In this document: positions 47,401 through 57,401 of the stretch, piece after piece | Layout of the letters: each line of letters starts with the position of its first letter | Position numbering within the stretch: position 1 is the stretch's first letter | Assembly: GCA_965238135.1 (NCBI GenBank) | Contig: OZ250177.1 | Span: forward strand, 4,192,599 to 4,256,598 | Reading direction: 5' to 3' | Origin: Candidatus Multivorans sp. | Lineage (GTDB): Bacteria; Acidobacteriota; Thermoanaerobaculia; Multivoradales; Multivoraceae | DNA: 64,000 nucleotides | Program-made: the position numbers and the translations under genes | Notes under the pieces: model-generated | Databases searched by the model: none | The model's input: only the letters and a program-made list of their open reading frames with translations | Told to the model about the DNA's origin: nothing

Positions 47401-47797
47401 AGACCTGGTAGTCGTAGCCCCAGCGCGGCGCCAGCGGACCTGCGGCGGGGTAGAAGGTCAGTTGCCGGGGCGCGCCGCCCGCGGTGGGCACGACGTAGAC
47501 CTGCTCGTCGCCGTCGTACTGCCCGGTGAACGCGATCTGCGAACCGTCCGGCGAGAACTTGGCGAACAGCTCCAGGCCGGGATGAGAGGTGAGCCGTGTC
47601 GCCGTGCCGCCGTCCGACGATGCGAGCCAGATGTCGCCGGCGTAGGTGAATGCGATCCGGTCACCGGAGAGGTCCGGGAAGCGCAGGAGCCTGGTCGGCT
47701 CGCCGGTCTGGGCCAGTCCGGGCGGCGTCGAGAGGACGGCGGCGAGAAGGGCGGTGGCGCACAGGGCTCTGCGCGCAACTTCACGGGGGACGATCAT
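44426..47797 (-). CDS. Tricorn protease homolog (TolB-like propellers + PDZ + S41 peptidase)
   Basis: 1123 aa. Signal peptide. FSPDGSQIAF/WSPDGK propeller repeats. C-terminal S41 region (...VRSNGGGNVSPMIIERL...). Carries an acidic D/E-rich insert. Confidence 0.85.
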   Translation of the reverse strand: MIVPREVARRALCATALLAAVLSTPPGLAQTGEPTRLLRFPDLSGDRIAFTYAGDIWLASSDGGTATRLTSHPGLELFAKFSPDGSQIAFTGQYDGDEQVYVVPTAGGAPRQLTFYPAAGPLAPRWGYDYQVYGWSPDGKSVLFRSLRDGWDLGDTKLFLVDTAGELPRALPMPESGGGDLSPDARRVVYSPVTRDFRHWKRYEGGWAQDLWILDLDSLESVQVTNHRRSDRDPMWIDDTIYFSSDRDGTLNLYSYDVDSGDLAQLTHEDQWDVRWPSADKANRRIVYEKAGSLEVFDLASAAARPVPIHVPTDQLARRPSRVSAAGQVSGFSLSPKAKRAAFSARGDIFSVPIEHGPTRNLTRTSGANDRDPAWSPDGRRIAFVSDQSGETEIWTVDQDGSGEPVQLTEDSVGRHYNNLLWSPGSDRIAFVDQQGRLGIVDAGATTGAREVIEVADDPRPFGTAYDWSPGGDFLAVELGDENEFSSIHLFEVETRTMTRVTSEMWNDFFPVFEPGGDYLYFLSDRQFQPQIGSFEYNYAADRETWIYALALREDTPHPFPPRSDEVEIEDDDEDEDEDGEHGNGDEDAEHADDDDDDGDAEDEEARDRIDLDGLAGRVARFPLEADNYGGLGAAEGKLFYVRTGAGYLGRSSDVQTEVFSYDLKKREGKSLAKGIGSLELSRDGKKLLVGEGRSFRLLDVGGDDAKTLSLAGLVVDRVPTEEWAQIFDEVWRRFRDFFYAPNMHGYDWEALREQYRPLLAHVGHRSDLNYVMSEMVAELNVSHAYVTGGDYEVPDRPRAALLGARFELDPDAGRYRIARIFEGQNEEPRYRSPLTEIGVGVEEGDYVFTINGRELGATGNPFQLLREAGRGPVELTVGSSADRTETRNVLVDPISSEDALIYLAWTERSRRIVAERGEGRIGYLHIPDMSADGIREWIKWYYGQVRKEAMVVDVRSNGGGNVSPMIIERLRRETLMLDFERNRDSVDTSPGGVFHGYLVCVIDEDTASDGDQFAYQFRRAGLGAIVGKRSWGGVVGIYGRAPLIDGGSVNVPEAGSADPEGNWVIEGYGVEPDFEVTNLPRDLLDGRDPQLEKAVDLLLEKLAEDPRTLPGRPADPIKTEQE

Positions 47798-48016
47798 GGG
47801 TGAACCTCCGGTCGCGGGACGGCGCTTCGCAGCGAGCAGCGCCGCGGCATTGTCTCACGTTCGACCCGACCCCGTCGGCGTCTGCCGCCACCGGGGAGTG
47901 CTCGTTCCGGTAAGCTGCCGCCGCTTCGCCCGGCGGGGGTACGCGTCTCGCGGGGGAGGCGGCAACAGACGACGAAACGAGACGCCGGCCGCGGGCCGGC
48001 TGCGGGAGACGGCACC

Positions 48017-49588
<1,572 letters not shown>

Positions 49589-49635
49589 TTCCGGGCCGCA
49601 TCCGGTTTCAACCCGCTGCGCTACGCTCTCGGCCG

Positions 49636-50922
49636 ATGCAGCACGCGATCGAGCTGGACGCGCTGCGGCGGGAGGTCGGCGACTCGGCCTCGGCGATGGC
49701 GAACGCGGTTTCGGCCTGCGTCCACTGCGGCTTCTGCCTGCCGACGTGCCCTACCTACGTCGAACTGGGCGAGGAGATGGACTCGCCGCGCGGCCGCATC
49801 GTGCTGATGAAGGAGGTGCTCGAGGGCCGCCTCGACCTGGAGGAGGCGTTGACCCATATCGACCCCTGCCTGGGCTGCATGTCGTGCGTGACGGCCTGCC
49901 CGTCGGGCGTCGAGTACGGCGAACTGCTGATGCCGTTCCGGGAACTGGCGGAGGCCGGCCGGCGGCGCTCTCGGTTTGACCGCTGGTGGCGCGGCCTGAT
50001 GCTGGACACGCTGGCGAGCCCCGCCCGCCTGCGGTGGATGCTGCGGCTGGGTCGTCTGGCGGCGCCGTTCCGCGCGCTGCTGCCGGCGCGGCTCGCCGCG
50101 CCGCTCGATCTGCTGCCCAGGACCGCGGACCGCGCGGAAGTCGGCTTCGGCGTGTTTCCCGCGGTCGGTCAGCGGCGGGCCCGGGTGGCGCTCCTCGCCG
50201 GTTGCGCGCAGCAGGTGCTGGCGCCACGCATTCAAGGCGCGACGATCGAAGTGCTGACCCGCCGGGGAGTCGAGGTCGTCGTCCCGAAGGAGGAGGCGTG
50301 CTGCGGTTCGCTGGCTTTTCACGCCGGTGACGCGCCGCGCGCCCGCGCCGCCGCCGGTTCCCTGCTGCGGGTGTTCGGGCCCGAGGGTCTCCTGGCCGAT
50401 GTCGACGCGGTGTTGACCAACGCCGCCGGCTGCGGTTCGGGCCTCAAGGAGTACGGCCTGCTGTTCGCGGGGCGGCCCGAGGAGGCTGCGGCCCGCGCCC
50501 TGGCCGCCAAGGTGCGGGACGTTTCGACGTTCCTGGCCGCGCTCCAGACGGATGCGCCGCCGCCGCTGCCGCAGCCCTTGCGCGTCGCTTACCACGACGC
50601 CTGCCACCTGGCCCACGCCCAATCGGAGCGGGCCGGGCCCCGCCAGTTGCTGGCCCAGGTGCCGGGCGTGACCCTGGTGGAACCGCGCGACTGGCAGATC
50701 TGCTGCGGTTCGGCGGGCATCTACAACCTGGAAGAGCCCGAACTCGCGGCCCGTCTGGGGCGCAAGAAGGCCGAGGCTCTGCTCGAGGGCGAACCGGACG
50801 TGATCGCCACCGGCAACATCGGCTGCCTGACCCAGATCGAGAGTCACGTGCACCGTCTGGGCGCCCGGATTCCCGTGCGGCACACGATGGAGATCCTGGC
50901 CTCGGCGCACGGCGCCGACTGA
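49636..50922 (+). CDS. (Fe-S)-binding protein, GlcF/heterodisulfide-reductase-like (two CCG domains)
   Basis: CVHCGFCLPTCPTY and CLGCMSCVTACPSGV ferredoxin-type motifs plus two cysteine-rich CCG-like repeats (CCGS..., ICCGSAG). Confidence 0.75.
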   Translation: MQHAIELDALRREVGDSASAMANAVSACVHCGFCLPTCPTYVELGEEMDSPRGRIVLMKEVLEGRLDLEEALTHIDPCLGCMSCVTACPSGVEYGELLMPFRELAEAGRRRSRFDRWWRGLMLDTLASPARLRWMLRLGRLAAPFRALLPARLAAPLDLLPRTADRAEVGFGVFPAVGQRRARVALLAGCAQQVLAPRIQGATIEVLTRRGVEVVVPKEEACCGSLAFHAGDAPRARAAAGSLLRVFGPEGLLADVDAVLTNAAGCGSGLKEYGLLFAGRPEEAAARALAAKVRDVSTFLAALQTDAPPPLPQPLRVAYHDACHLAHAQSERAGPRQLLAQVPGVTLVEPRDWQICCGSAGIYNLEEPELAARLGRKKAEALLEGEPDVIATGNIGCLTQIESHVHRLGARIPVRHTMEILASAHGAD

Positions 50923-51029
50923 GGATTTCCGCAAGTCGGATTCGGATACAGACAGGGTTGTCAGGGTCGGTTATCCTGCCCGCGCCCGTTGACTGCTTCT
51001 TCTTCCGCACTCACTACTTTCGGACTTGG

Positions 51030-52067
51030 ATGACGACACCTACTCGCATTGGAATCATGGGCTTCGGCCTTCTCGGTCGAAGCCTGTTCCGCCTCTCTCT
51101 TGACCGGCCCGAAATCGAGGTCGCCGCGGTGGCCGATACCGCGGATCCCGAGATGCTGCGCTACCTGCTGCGCTTCTCGACCCTGCCGTGGCCGCTCGAC
51201 GCAGATGTCGCGCTCGAGAACGGCAGCCTGTGCGTCGACGGCTCGTGCGCCAGCGTGGTGCGCGCCGGCAGCGCCGGCGAGGCGCCCTGGGGCGACCTCG
51301 GGGTCACGACCGTGGTCGACTTCCGGGACACGCAGCCGACGCGCACCGAACTCGAGGGTCACCTTACGGCCGGCGCCGAGCGCGTGGTGCTCTGCGCGCC
51401 CCCGGGCGGGGAGCTGGACCGGACGGTCGTGGTCGGTCTGAACGAGGACCGGATCGAGCCTTCCGACCGGATCGTGTCCGCCGGCTCGTTCACCGCGCAC
51501 TGCGCCGGGCCGTTGCTGCGCATCCTCGACGGGGCCTTCGGCGTCGAGCAGGCGTTCATCAGTTCGGTGCGTGCCTACGGCGCCGGTTCGCGGCTCGCCG
51601 ACGTGCCGGCGCCCGAGCTCCGCTCCGGCCGGGCGGCGGGCGAGAACATCATTCCCTCGGCGACGGAAGCCGCGTCGGAACTCGAGACCGTGCTGCCCGA
51701 ACTCGGCGGCAAGCTCTCGGCTTCGGCGATGAACGTGCCGGTGTCGAACGGCTCCGTGGTCGACCTGGTGTGCTGGCACCGCGACGCGGTGAGCGTTGCG
51801 TCGGTCAACGAAGCGGTGGCCACCGCTGCCGACGGCGAATGGCGCGGCAGGCTGCGCTTCGAGCGCGAGGCGATCGTCTCGGCCGACACCGCAGGCAGCC
51901 GGGCGACCTGCATCTTCGATTCACAGGGAACGATGACCCTGGGCGATCATGTGTCGAAGACGATCGCCTGGTTCGACAACGGCTGGGGCTACCTGCACCG
52001 GCTCCTGGAACTTCTCGCCACGCTCGACGCTGCGCCGGCGGCGGGCGCTGAAGGGGGTGCCTCATGA
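51030..52067 (+). CDS. GAPDH-family paralog lacking the catalytic Cys and His (likely non-catalytic or altered function)
   Basis: GAPDH fold throughout (RIGIMGFGLLGR NAD-binding, ...WFDNGWGY C-terminus). The active-site SNASCTTNCLAP reads SAGSFTAHCAGP here (Cys149 to Phe), and the TTIHAYT stretch reads SSVRAYG (His176 to Arg). Confidence 0.7.
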   Translation: MTTPTRIGIMGFGLLGRSLFRLSLDRPEIEVAAVADTADPEMLRYLLRFSTLPWPLDADVALENGSLCVDGSCASVVRAGSAGEAPWGDLGVTTVVDFRDTQPTRTELEGHLTAGAERVVLCAPPGGELDRTVVVGLNEDRIEPSDRIVSAGSFTAHCAGPLLRILDGAFGVEQAFISSVRAYGAGSRLADVPAPELRSGRAAGENIIPSATEAASELETVLPELGGKLSASAMNVPVSNGSVVDLVCWHRDAVSVASVNEAVATAADGEWRGRLRFEREAIVSADTAGSRATCIFDSQGTMTLGDHVSKTIAWFDNGWGYLHRLLELLATLDAAPAAGAEGGAS

Positions 52068-53080
52068 TTCGCGTCGGCATCAACGGGTTCGGTCGCATCG
52101 GGCGCAGCGTCTTCCGCATCCTGGCCAGCCGCCCCGACGTGCAGGTCGTCGGCATCAACGACCTGTTCGATGCGGAGCGCCTCGCCTACCTGCTGCGCTA
52201 CGACACGGTGCAGGGAGTCTTCGGCCAGGAGGTCGAGGTGACCGGGAACGGCCTGCGGGTCGGAGGCCGGCAGATCCGGCTCAGTGCGGAGCGGGATCCG
52301 TCCCAGCTCCCCTGGAGCGAACTCGGGGTCGACATCGCGGTCGAGTCGACTGGTGTGTTCCGGACCCGCGCCCAGGTGGCGCAGCACCTCGAAGCCGGCG
52401 CCTCGCGGGTGGTGCTCACGGTGCCTGCCAAGGACGAGATCGACGCCATGATCGTGCTCGGGGTCAACGACGGCGATCTCGGTCCGGAGCATCGCGTGGT
52501 CTCCAACGCCTCCTGCACCACGAACTGTCTGGCGCCGCTGGCCAAGACCCTCGACGACGCGTTCGGTTTCGAGGAGGGGTTCATCACCACCATCCACGCG
52601 TACACCAACGGCCAGCGCCTGGTCGACTCGCCGCACAGCGACCCGCGGCGCAGCCGCTCGGCGACCGCCAACATCATCCCGACCACGACGGGCGCCGCGC
52701 GCGCCGTGGGCAAGGTGCTGCCGCACCTGAACGGCCGCCTCGACGGCATGGCGATGCGGGTGCCCGTGGCGGACGGCTCGATCGTCGATCTGACCTGCAG
52801 GCTGCGCGGCGACGCCGCGGCGGAGGACGTGAACGCGGCGGCTTCGGCGGCGGCGGAGTCGAACCTGGCGGGCATCCTCCAGTACTCCGAAGACCCTCTG
52901 GTTTCGAGCGACATCCTCGGCAATCCCCATTCGTCGATCTTCGACGCGCCGCTGACCCGGGTCACTCCGGCTGAGGGCGGCGGCGTGTACGCCCGCGTCG
53001 TGTCGTGGTATGACAACGAGTGGGGCTACTCGAACCGGGTCGCGGATCTGATCGAGCGGCTGGCGCAGCTCGGGCCCTGA
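52064..53080 (+). CDS. gap: Glyceraldehyde-3-phosphate dehydrogenase, type I
   Basis: INGFGRIGR, SNASCTTNCLAPLAK, TTIHAYT, WYDNEWGYS. ATGA overlap with the upstream paralog. Confidence 0.9.
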   Translation: MIRVGINGFGRIGRSVFRILASRPDVQVVGINDLFDAERLAYLLRYDTVQGVFGQEVEVTGNGLRVGGRQIRLSAERDPSQLPWSELGVDIAVESTGVFRTRAQVAQHLEAGASRVVLTVPAKDEIDAMIVLGVNDGDLGPEHRVVSNASCTTNCLAPLAKTLDDAFGFEEGFITTIHAYTNGQRLVDSPHSDPRRSRSATANIIPTTTGAARAVGKVLPHLNGRLDGMAMRVPVADGSIVDLTCRLRGDAAAEDVNAAASAAAESNLAGILQYSEDPLVSSDILGNPHSSIFDAPLTRVTPAEGGGVYARVVSWYDNEWGYSNRVADLIERLAQLGP

Positions 53081-53137
53081 CCCAAGTCGGTACCGCCCCG
53101 TCCGGGGCCGCCCGCCCCGTCTTCGGTTTTCCGTTCG

Positions 53138-53800
53138 ATGGACATTCGTTCCCTACTTGATTCGGCGCCCATCCTGCCCCTGCTCCGGATCGAGCGGGAG
53201 GAGGATGCCGTGCCCCTGGCCGGCGCCCTGCTCGAAGGCGGCATCGTGGTGCAGGAGGTGGCGCTTCGCACTCCGGCCGCCCTGCCGGCGATCGCCCGCA
53301 TCGCGAACGAACTCCCCGAGGTCATCATCGGCGCCGGGACGGTGCGCAGGGCGGATGACGTCTACGCGGCCCGCGACGCCGGCGCCCGTTTCGGGGTCAG
53401 TCCGGGGATCACCCCCGTGATCGCGATGGCCGTGCACGACGCCCTGATGCCCTTCCTACCCGGCGTGGCGACGCCGTCCGAGATCCAGGGCGCGGTGGAC
53501 CTGGGTTTCTTCACCTGCAAGTTCTTCCCGGCGCCTGCCTGCGGCGGCTTGGCCTTCCTGCGCGCCGTCCGCGGCCCGTTCCCCGAGGTCGCCTTCTGCC
53601 CGACGGGCAACCTCGACCGCACCAGCTACCGGGAGTACCTCGCCGAGCCGAATGTCGTCTCGGTCGGGGTTTCCTGGATCACGCCGCCCGAGGCCGTCGC
53701 GGCCCGGGCCTGGGGCCGTGTCGCGCAACTGGCCCGGGCGACGGTCGAGGAAGTCCGCGACGTGGCCGGCGCCGTGCCGGCGGCCGCGGCCGGATCGTAG
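53138..53800 (+). CDS. eda: KDPG/KHG aldolase
   Basis: ~220 aa. PLLRIEREEDAVPLAGALLEGGIVVQEVALRTPAAL...GAGTV...FCPTGN matches the Eda family. Confidence 0.8.
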   Translation: MDIRSLLDSAPILPLLRIEREEDAVPLAGALLEGGIVVQEVALRTPAALPAIARIANELPEVIIGAGTVRRADDVYAARDAGARFGVSPGITPVIAMAVHDALMPFLPGVATPSEIQGAVDLGFFTCKFFPAPACGGLAFLRAVRGPFPEVAFCPTGNLDRTSYREYLAEPNVVSVGVSWITPPEAVAARAWGRVAQLARATVEEVRDVAGAVPAAAAGS

Positions 53801-53819
53801 CCGGGAGACGGAGGCAACC

Positions 53820-55271
53820 GTGCAGCGTCGAGCCAAGATCGTCGCCACGATTGGCCCGGCGAGCTCGAACCCCAAGACTCTCGCGCGGCTGATCCGCGCC
53901 GGCGTCAACGTCGTCCGGTTGAACCAGTCCCACGGCACCCGGGAGGAGCATCGCCGGCTCATCCGGCTCGTGCGGCAGGTCAGCGAGGAGGCGGGACGGT
54001 CGGTCGGCGTGATGGTCGACCTGATGGGGCCCCGGCACCGGCTCGACCACTTCGAGGGCGCGCGGGTGCTCAAGCGGGGCGACGTCGTTGCCCTGGGCGT
54101 GGGCGCCGGCGTGGACCTGGCGCTCGACCGGGACATGGTCAAGCACGTGCAGCCGGGCGAACAGATCCTGATCGACGACGGCCGGGTGCAGTTGGAGGTC
54201 CGGTCGAAGGACGAGGAGAAGATCGAGGCGGAGGTCATCATCGGCGGCGCGGTGTCGAGCCGCAAGGGCGTGAACCTGCCCGACAGCCATCTGCCGTTCC
54301 ACATCTCGGACAAGGACCTGGGCGATATCCGGATGGCGGTCGAGGAGGACGCCGACTTTCTCGCGGCCAGCTACATCGGCACCCCGGCGGACGTGCTTCA
54401 GGTGCGGGAAGCGTCGCGCGCGGCGGGCCGCAGCCTGCAGGTCATCGCCAAGCTGGAGCGTCGGCGGGCGCTGGAGCACCTCGACGAGATCGTGCTCGAG
54501 TCCGACGGCGTGATGGTGGCGCGGGGCGACCTGGGGGTCGAGATTCCGTTGCACCAGGTGCCCGTGGTGCAGAAGCAGATCATCGAGAGCGGCTGGCGAC
54601 ACCTGCGTCCGGTGATCGTGGCGACCCAGATGCTGGAGTCGATGATCGAGCATCCGCGGCCCACGCGGGCCGAGTCCTCGGACGTGGCGAACGCCGTGTT
54701 CGACGGCGCCGACGCGATGATGCTCTCCGGCGAGAGCGCCGCCGGCCGCTATCCCCTGGAAGCGGTGCAGACGATGCACCGGATCATCGCCGAGTCGGAG
54801 CGTTACCAGCTCTCGAAGCACACTTCGCAGCCCATTGGTTTCCACACGATGGAAGTCGGCCCCTACGACATCGAACCGCCGAACCGGCTGGGCGGGCTGG
54901 AGATCCCGGAAACGATCTCGGCCGCGGCCATCCTCTCGGCCCGTCATCTGAGCGCGCAGGGAATCGTGGTCCTCAGCCAGGGCGGTTTCACGGCCCGTCA
55001 GGTCGGCTGCCGCCGGCCGTCGACGCCGGTGCTGGCTTTCACCCGCGATCCGCGGACCATGCGCGAACTCCAGCTCGTGTGGGGCGTTCAAGGTGTGCGG
55101 ATGGACCAGGAGGTCTACCACCACGACGAGGTCGTCGCGATGGTGGACCGGCAACTCCTCGCCGGCAGCCTGGCCCTGCCCGGCGACACGATCGTGCTGT
55201 TGATGGGTGACCCGATCCAGGATCGTCCGCCGACGAACCTGGTGCGGATTCACCGCGTCCGCCCACAGTAG
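53820..55271 (+). CDS. pyk: Pyruvate kinase
   Basis: GTG start after a GGAGG RBS. RRAKIVATIGPAS...MVARGDLGVEIP...MLSGESAAG motifs. Confidence 0.9.
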   Translation: MQRRAKIVATIGPASSNPKTLARLIRAGVNVVRLNQSHGTREEHRRLIRLVRQVSEEAGRSVGVMVDLMGPRHRLDHFEGARVLKRGDVVALGVGAGVDLALDRDMVKHVQPGEQILIDDGRVQLEVRSKDEEKIEAEVIIGGAVSSRKGVNLPDSHLPFHISDKDLGDIRMAVEEDADFLAASYIGTPADVLQVREASRAAGRSLQVIAKLERRRALEHLDEIVLESDGVMVARGDLGVEIPLHQVPVVQKQIIESGWRHLRPVIVATQMLESMIEHPRPTRAESSDVANAVFDGADAMMLSGESAAGRYPLEAVQTMHRIIAESERYQLSKHTSQPIGFHTMEVGPYDIEPPNRLGGLEIPETISAAAILSARHLSAQGIVVLSQGGFTARQVGCRRPSTPVLAFTRDPRTMRELQLVWGVQGVRMDQEVYHHDEVVAMVDRQLLAGSLALPGDTIVLLMGDPIQDRPPTNLVRIHRVRPQ

Positions 55272-55338
55272 GACCGCCGGTCCGGCATCGGGGCGTCGGG
55301 CCGCATCCCGGCCCGACGCTCCGGTACGATCAGCCGCC

Positions 55339-56517
55339 ATGACCGACAGCGACCTTCAAGTCTCCATCGAGCAGGACTACCCCTACCTCCGGGATCCGGT
55401 GCGCCGCATCTGCGAGCAGTTCCCGGGCGAGTACTGGCGGCGTCTAGATGCCGCGGCGGAGTATCCGACCGAATTCGTGCAGGCGCTGACCGAACACGAG
55501 TACCTCGGCTGCCTGATTCCCGAGGAGTACGGCGGGTCCGGCCTGCCGCTGCGCGCCGCGTCCGTCGTCCTGGAGACGATCCACTCCTCCGGCTGCAACG
55601 CCGCGGCCTGCCACGCCCAGATGTACACGATGGGCACGATGCTCCGCCACGGCAGCGACGAGCAGAAGCAGGAATACCTGCCGAAGATCGCCAGCGGGGA
55701 GCTGCGGCTGCAGGCGTTCGGCGTCACCGAGCCGGTGACCGGTTCCGACACGACCCAGTTGCGGACGATGGCGGTCCGCGACGGCGACACCTACGTCGTC
55801 AACGGCCAGAAGATCTGGACCAGCCGGGCGCTCCACTCGGACCTGATGATTCTTCTCGCCCGCACCACGCCAGCGGACCAGGTCGAGAAGCGGTCGCGGG
55901 GCCTGTCCGTCTTCCTGGTCGATCTACGCGAGGCGCGCGGCAACGGCCTCGAGATCCAGCCCATCGACACGATGATCAACCACGGCACCACCCAGATCTT
56001 CTTCGACAACCTGCGCATCCCGGTCAGCAGCCGGATCGGCGACGAGGGGTACGGTTTCAAGTACATCCTGAGCGGCATGAACGCCGAGCGCATCCTGCTC
56101 GCCTCCGAGGCGATCGGCGACGCCCGCTACTTCATCCGCCGCGCCGTCGAGTACGCCAACGAGCGCGAGGTCTTCGGCCGGCCGATCGGCCAGAACCAGG
56201 GCATCCAGTTCCCGATCGCCCGCGCCCACGCCGAGACCGACGCCGCCGAGATGATCGTCCGCAAGGCCGCCGCCCTCTACGACGCCGGCCGCGAATGCGG
56301 CGCCGAAGCGAACAGCGCCAAGCTCCTCGCCTCCGAAGCCGCCTGGAACGCCGGCGACACCTGCTTCCAGACCTTCGGCGGCTTCGCCTTCGCCACCGAG
56401 TACGACATCGAACGCAAGTGGCGCGAATGCCGCCTGTTCCAGACCGCCCCGATCTCGACCAACCTGGTGCTCACGTACCTGGCCCAGCACGTGCTGGGGC
56501 TCCCGCGCAGCTACTGA
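55339..56517 (+). CDS. Acyl-CoA dehydrogenase
   Basis: ...GVTEPVTGSD..., ...QTFGGFAFATEYDIERKWRECRL... and a C-terminal helical domain typical of ACADs. Confidence 0.85.
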   Translation: MTDSDLQVSIEQDYPYLRDPVRRICEQFPGEYWRRLDAAAEYPTEFVQALTEHEYLGCLIPEEYGGSGLPLRAASVVLETIHSSGCNAAACHAQMYTMGTMLRHGSDEQKQEYLPKIASGELRLQAFGVTEPVTGSDTTQLRTMAVRDGDTYVVNGQKIWTSRALHSDLMILLARTTPADQVEKRSRGLSVFLVDLREARGNGLEIQPIDTMINHGTTQIFFDNLRIPVSSRIGDEGYGFKYILSGMNAERILLASEAIGDARYFIRRAVEYANEREVFGRPIGQNQGIQFPIARAHAETDAAEMIVRKAAALYDAGRECGAEANSAKLLASEAAWNAGDTCFQTFGGFAFATEYDIERKWRECRLFQTAPISTNLVLTYLAQHVLGLPRSY

Positions 56518-57392
56518 GCTGGGCGCCGGCGGGGCGTCGGCGCGGCGTCCGCTGGCGAGACGGCGGCTGGCGCGGTGATCTCCGATGTAAGAGCTTGGTA
56601 TTCCTGCGCGAGCCTGCTGCCCTGCCGGTCCTTCGTGAAGATCGTCTGGTTGAGGACCGAGAGGCTGTCGTACCGATGGATGCGAAGGGGAGGACTGCCG
56701 AAACCGAGATCTGTCTGGAAGTTCGAGAGTATCTGGTGGAGGACGGGGTCCTCGTCGTCGAGGTCGGGCACGTTGGAGACGACGAAGTGGAGATCGATGT
56801 TCTGTTTGCGGGGACCCGTTCCTTCCGCCCTGATGTCGCGGACGATCTTGGTCAGGCCGCGCAGATTCTGTTGGTTCGGGAAGAAGAAGAGGACGACGGC
56901 GTTCGGAAGGTGTCGGGTGCAGATCCCGCCGATGTCGGTGTAGCCGGTGCGGCAGTCGAGCAGCACATGGTCAGGCTCGATCTCGGCCTGCCATTGGAGT
57001 TTGAGATCTTCCAACAGGAGGTAGCCGTCGTGGTTCTCGTAGAGGTCGTTCCAGTCAATCGAGGAAACTCTGGCCGAGTAGCCGCGGTCCTGGGAACCGG
57101 CGGGCATGATCCATAGCCCGCCGCCATTGTCGCGAGAGTCGGTGGACTCGAACAGGAAGTCCGCGGCGTCCGGCGCCATGCCGGCGTCCAGGTACTCGCG
57201 GACGAAGTCGACCATGCCGGAGGTCGATTCGGCCGGCTGCCCGAGGTCGAAGGTGTCGAGAGCCGGCGCCTCGAGATCGAAGTCCACGATCAGCACCCGC
57301 TTGCCGCGATTCGCGAGTTCGACCGCGACGTTGACCAGGGCCATGGTACGGCCTACTCCGCCTTTGAAGGAGTAGAAGGTCGTGACGTACAT
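56511..57392 (-). CDS. ParA/MinD-family P-loop ATPase (orphan)
   Basis: Deviant Walker A FKGGVGRT at the N-terminus, ...VDFDLEAP..., 293 aa. No parB or min partners are visible. Confidence 0.65.
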   Translation of the reverse strand: MYVTTFYSFKGGVGRTMALVNVAVELANRGKRVLIVDFDLEAPALDTFDLGQPAESTSGMVDFVREYLDAGMAPDAADFLFESTDSRDNGGGLWIMPAGSQDRGYSARVSSIDWNDLYENHDGYLLLEDLKLQWQAEIEPDHVLLDCRTGYTDIGGICTRHLPNAVVLFFFPNQQNLRGLTKIVRDIRAEGTGPRKQNIDLHFVVSNVPDLDDEDPVLHQILSNFQTDLGFGSPPLRIHRYDSLSVLNQTIFTKDRQGSRLAQEYQALTSEITAPAAVSPADAAPTPRRRPAQ

Positions 57393-57401
57393 CAGTTCCC
57401 T

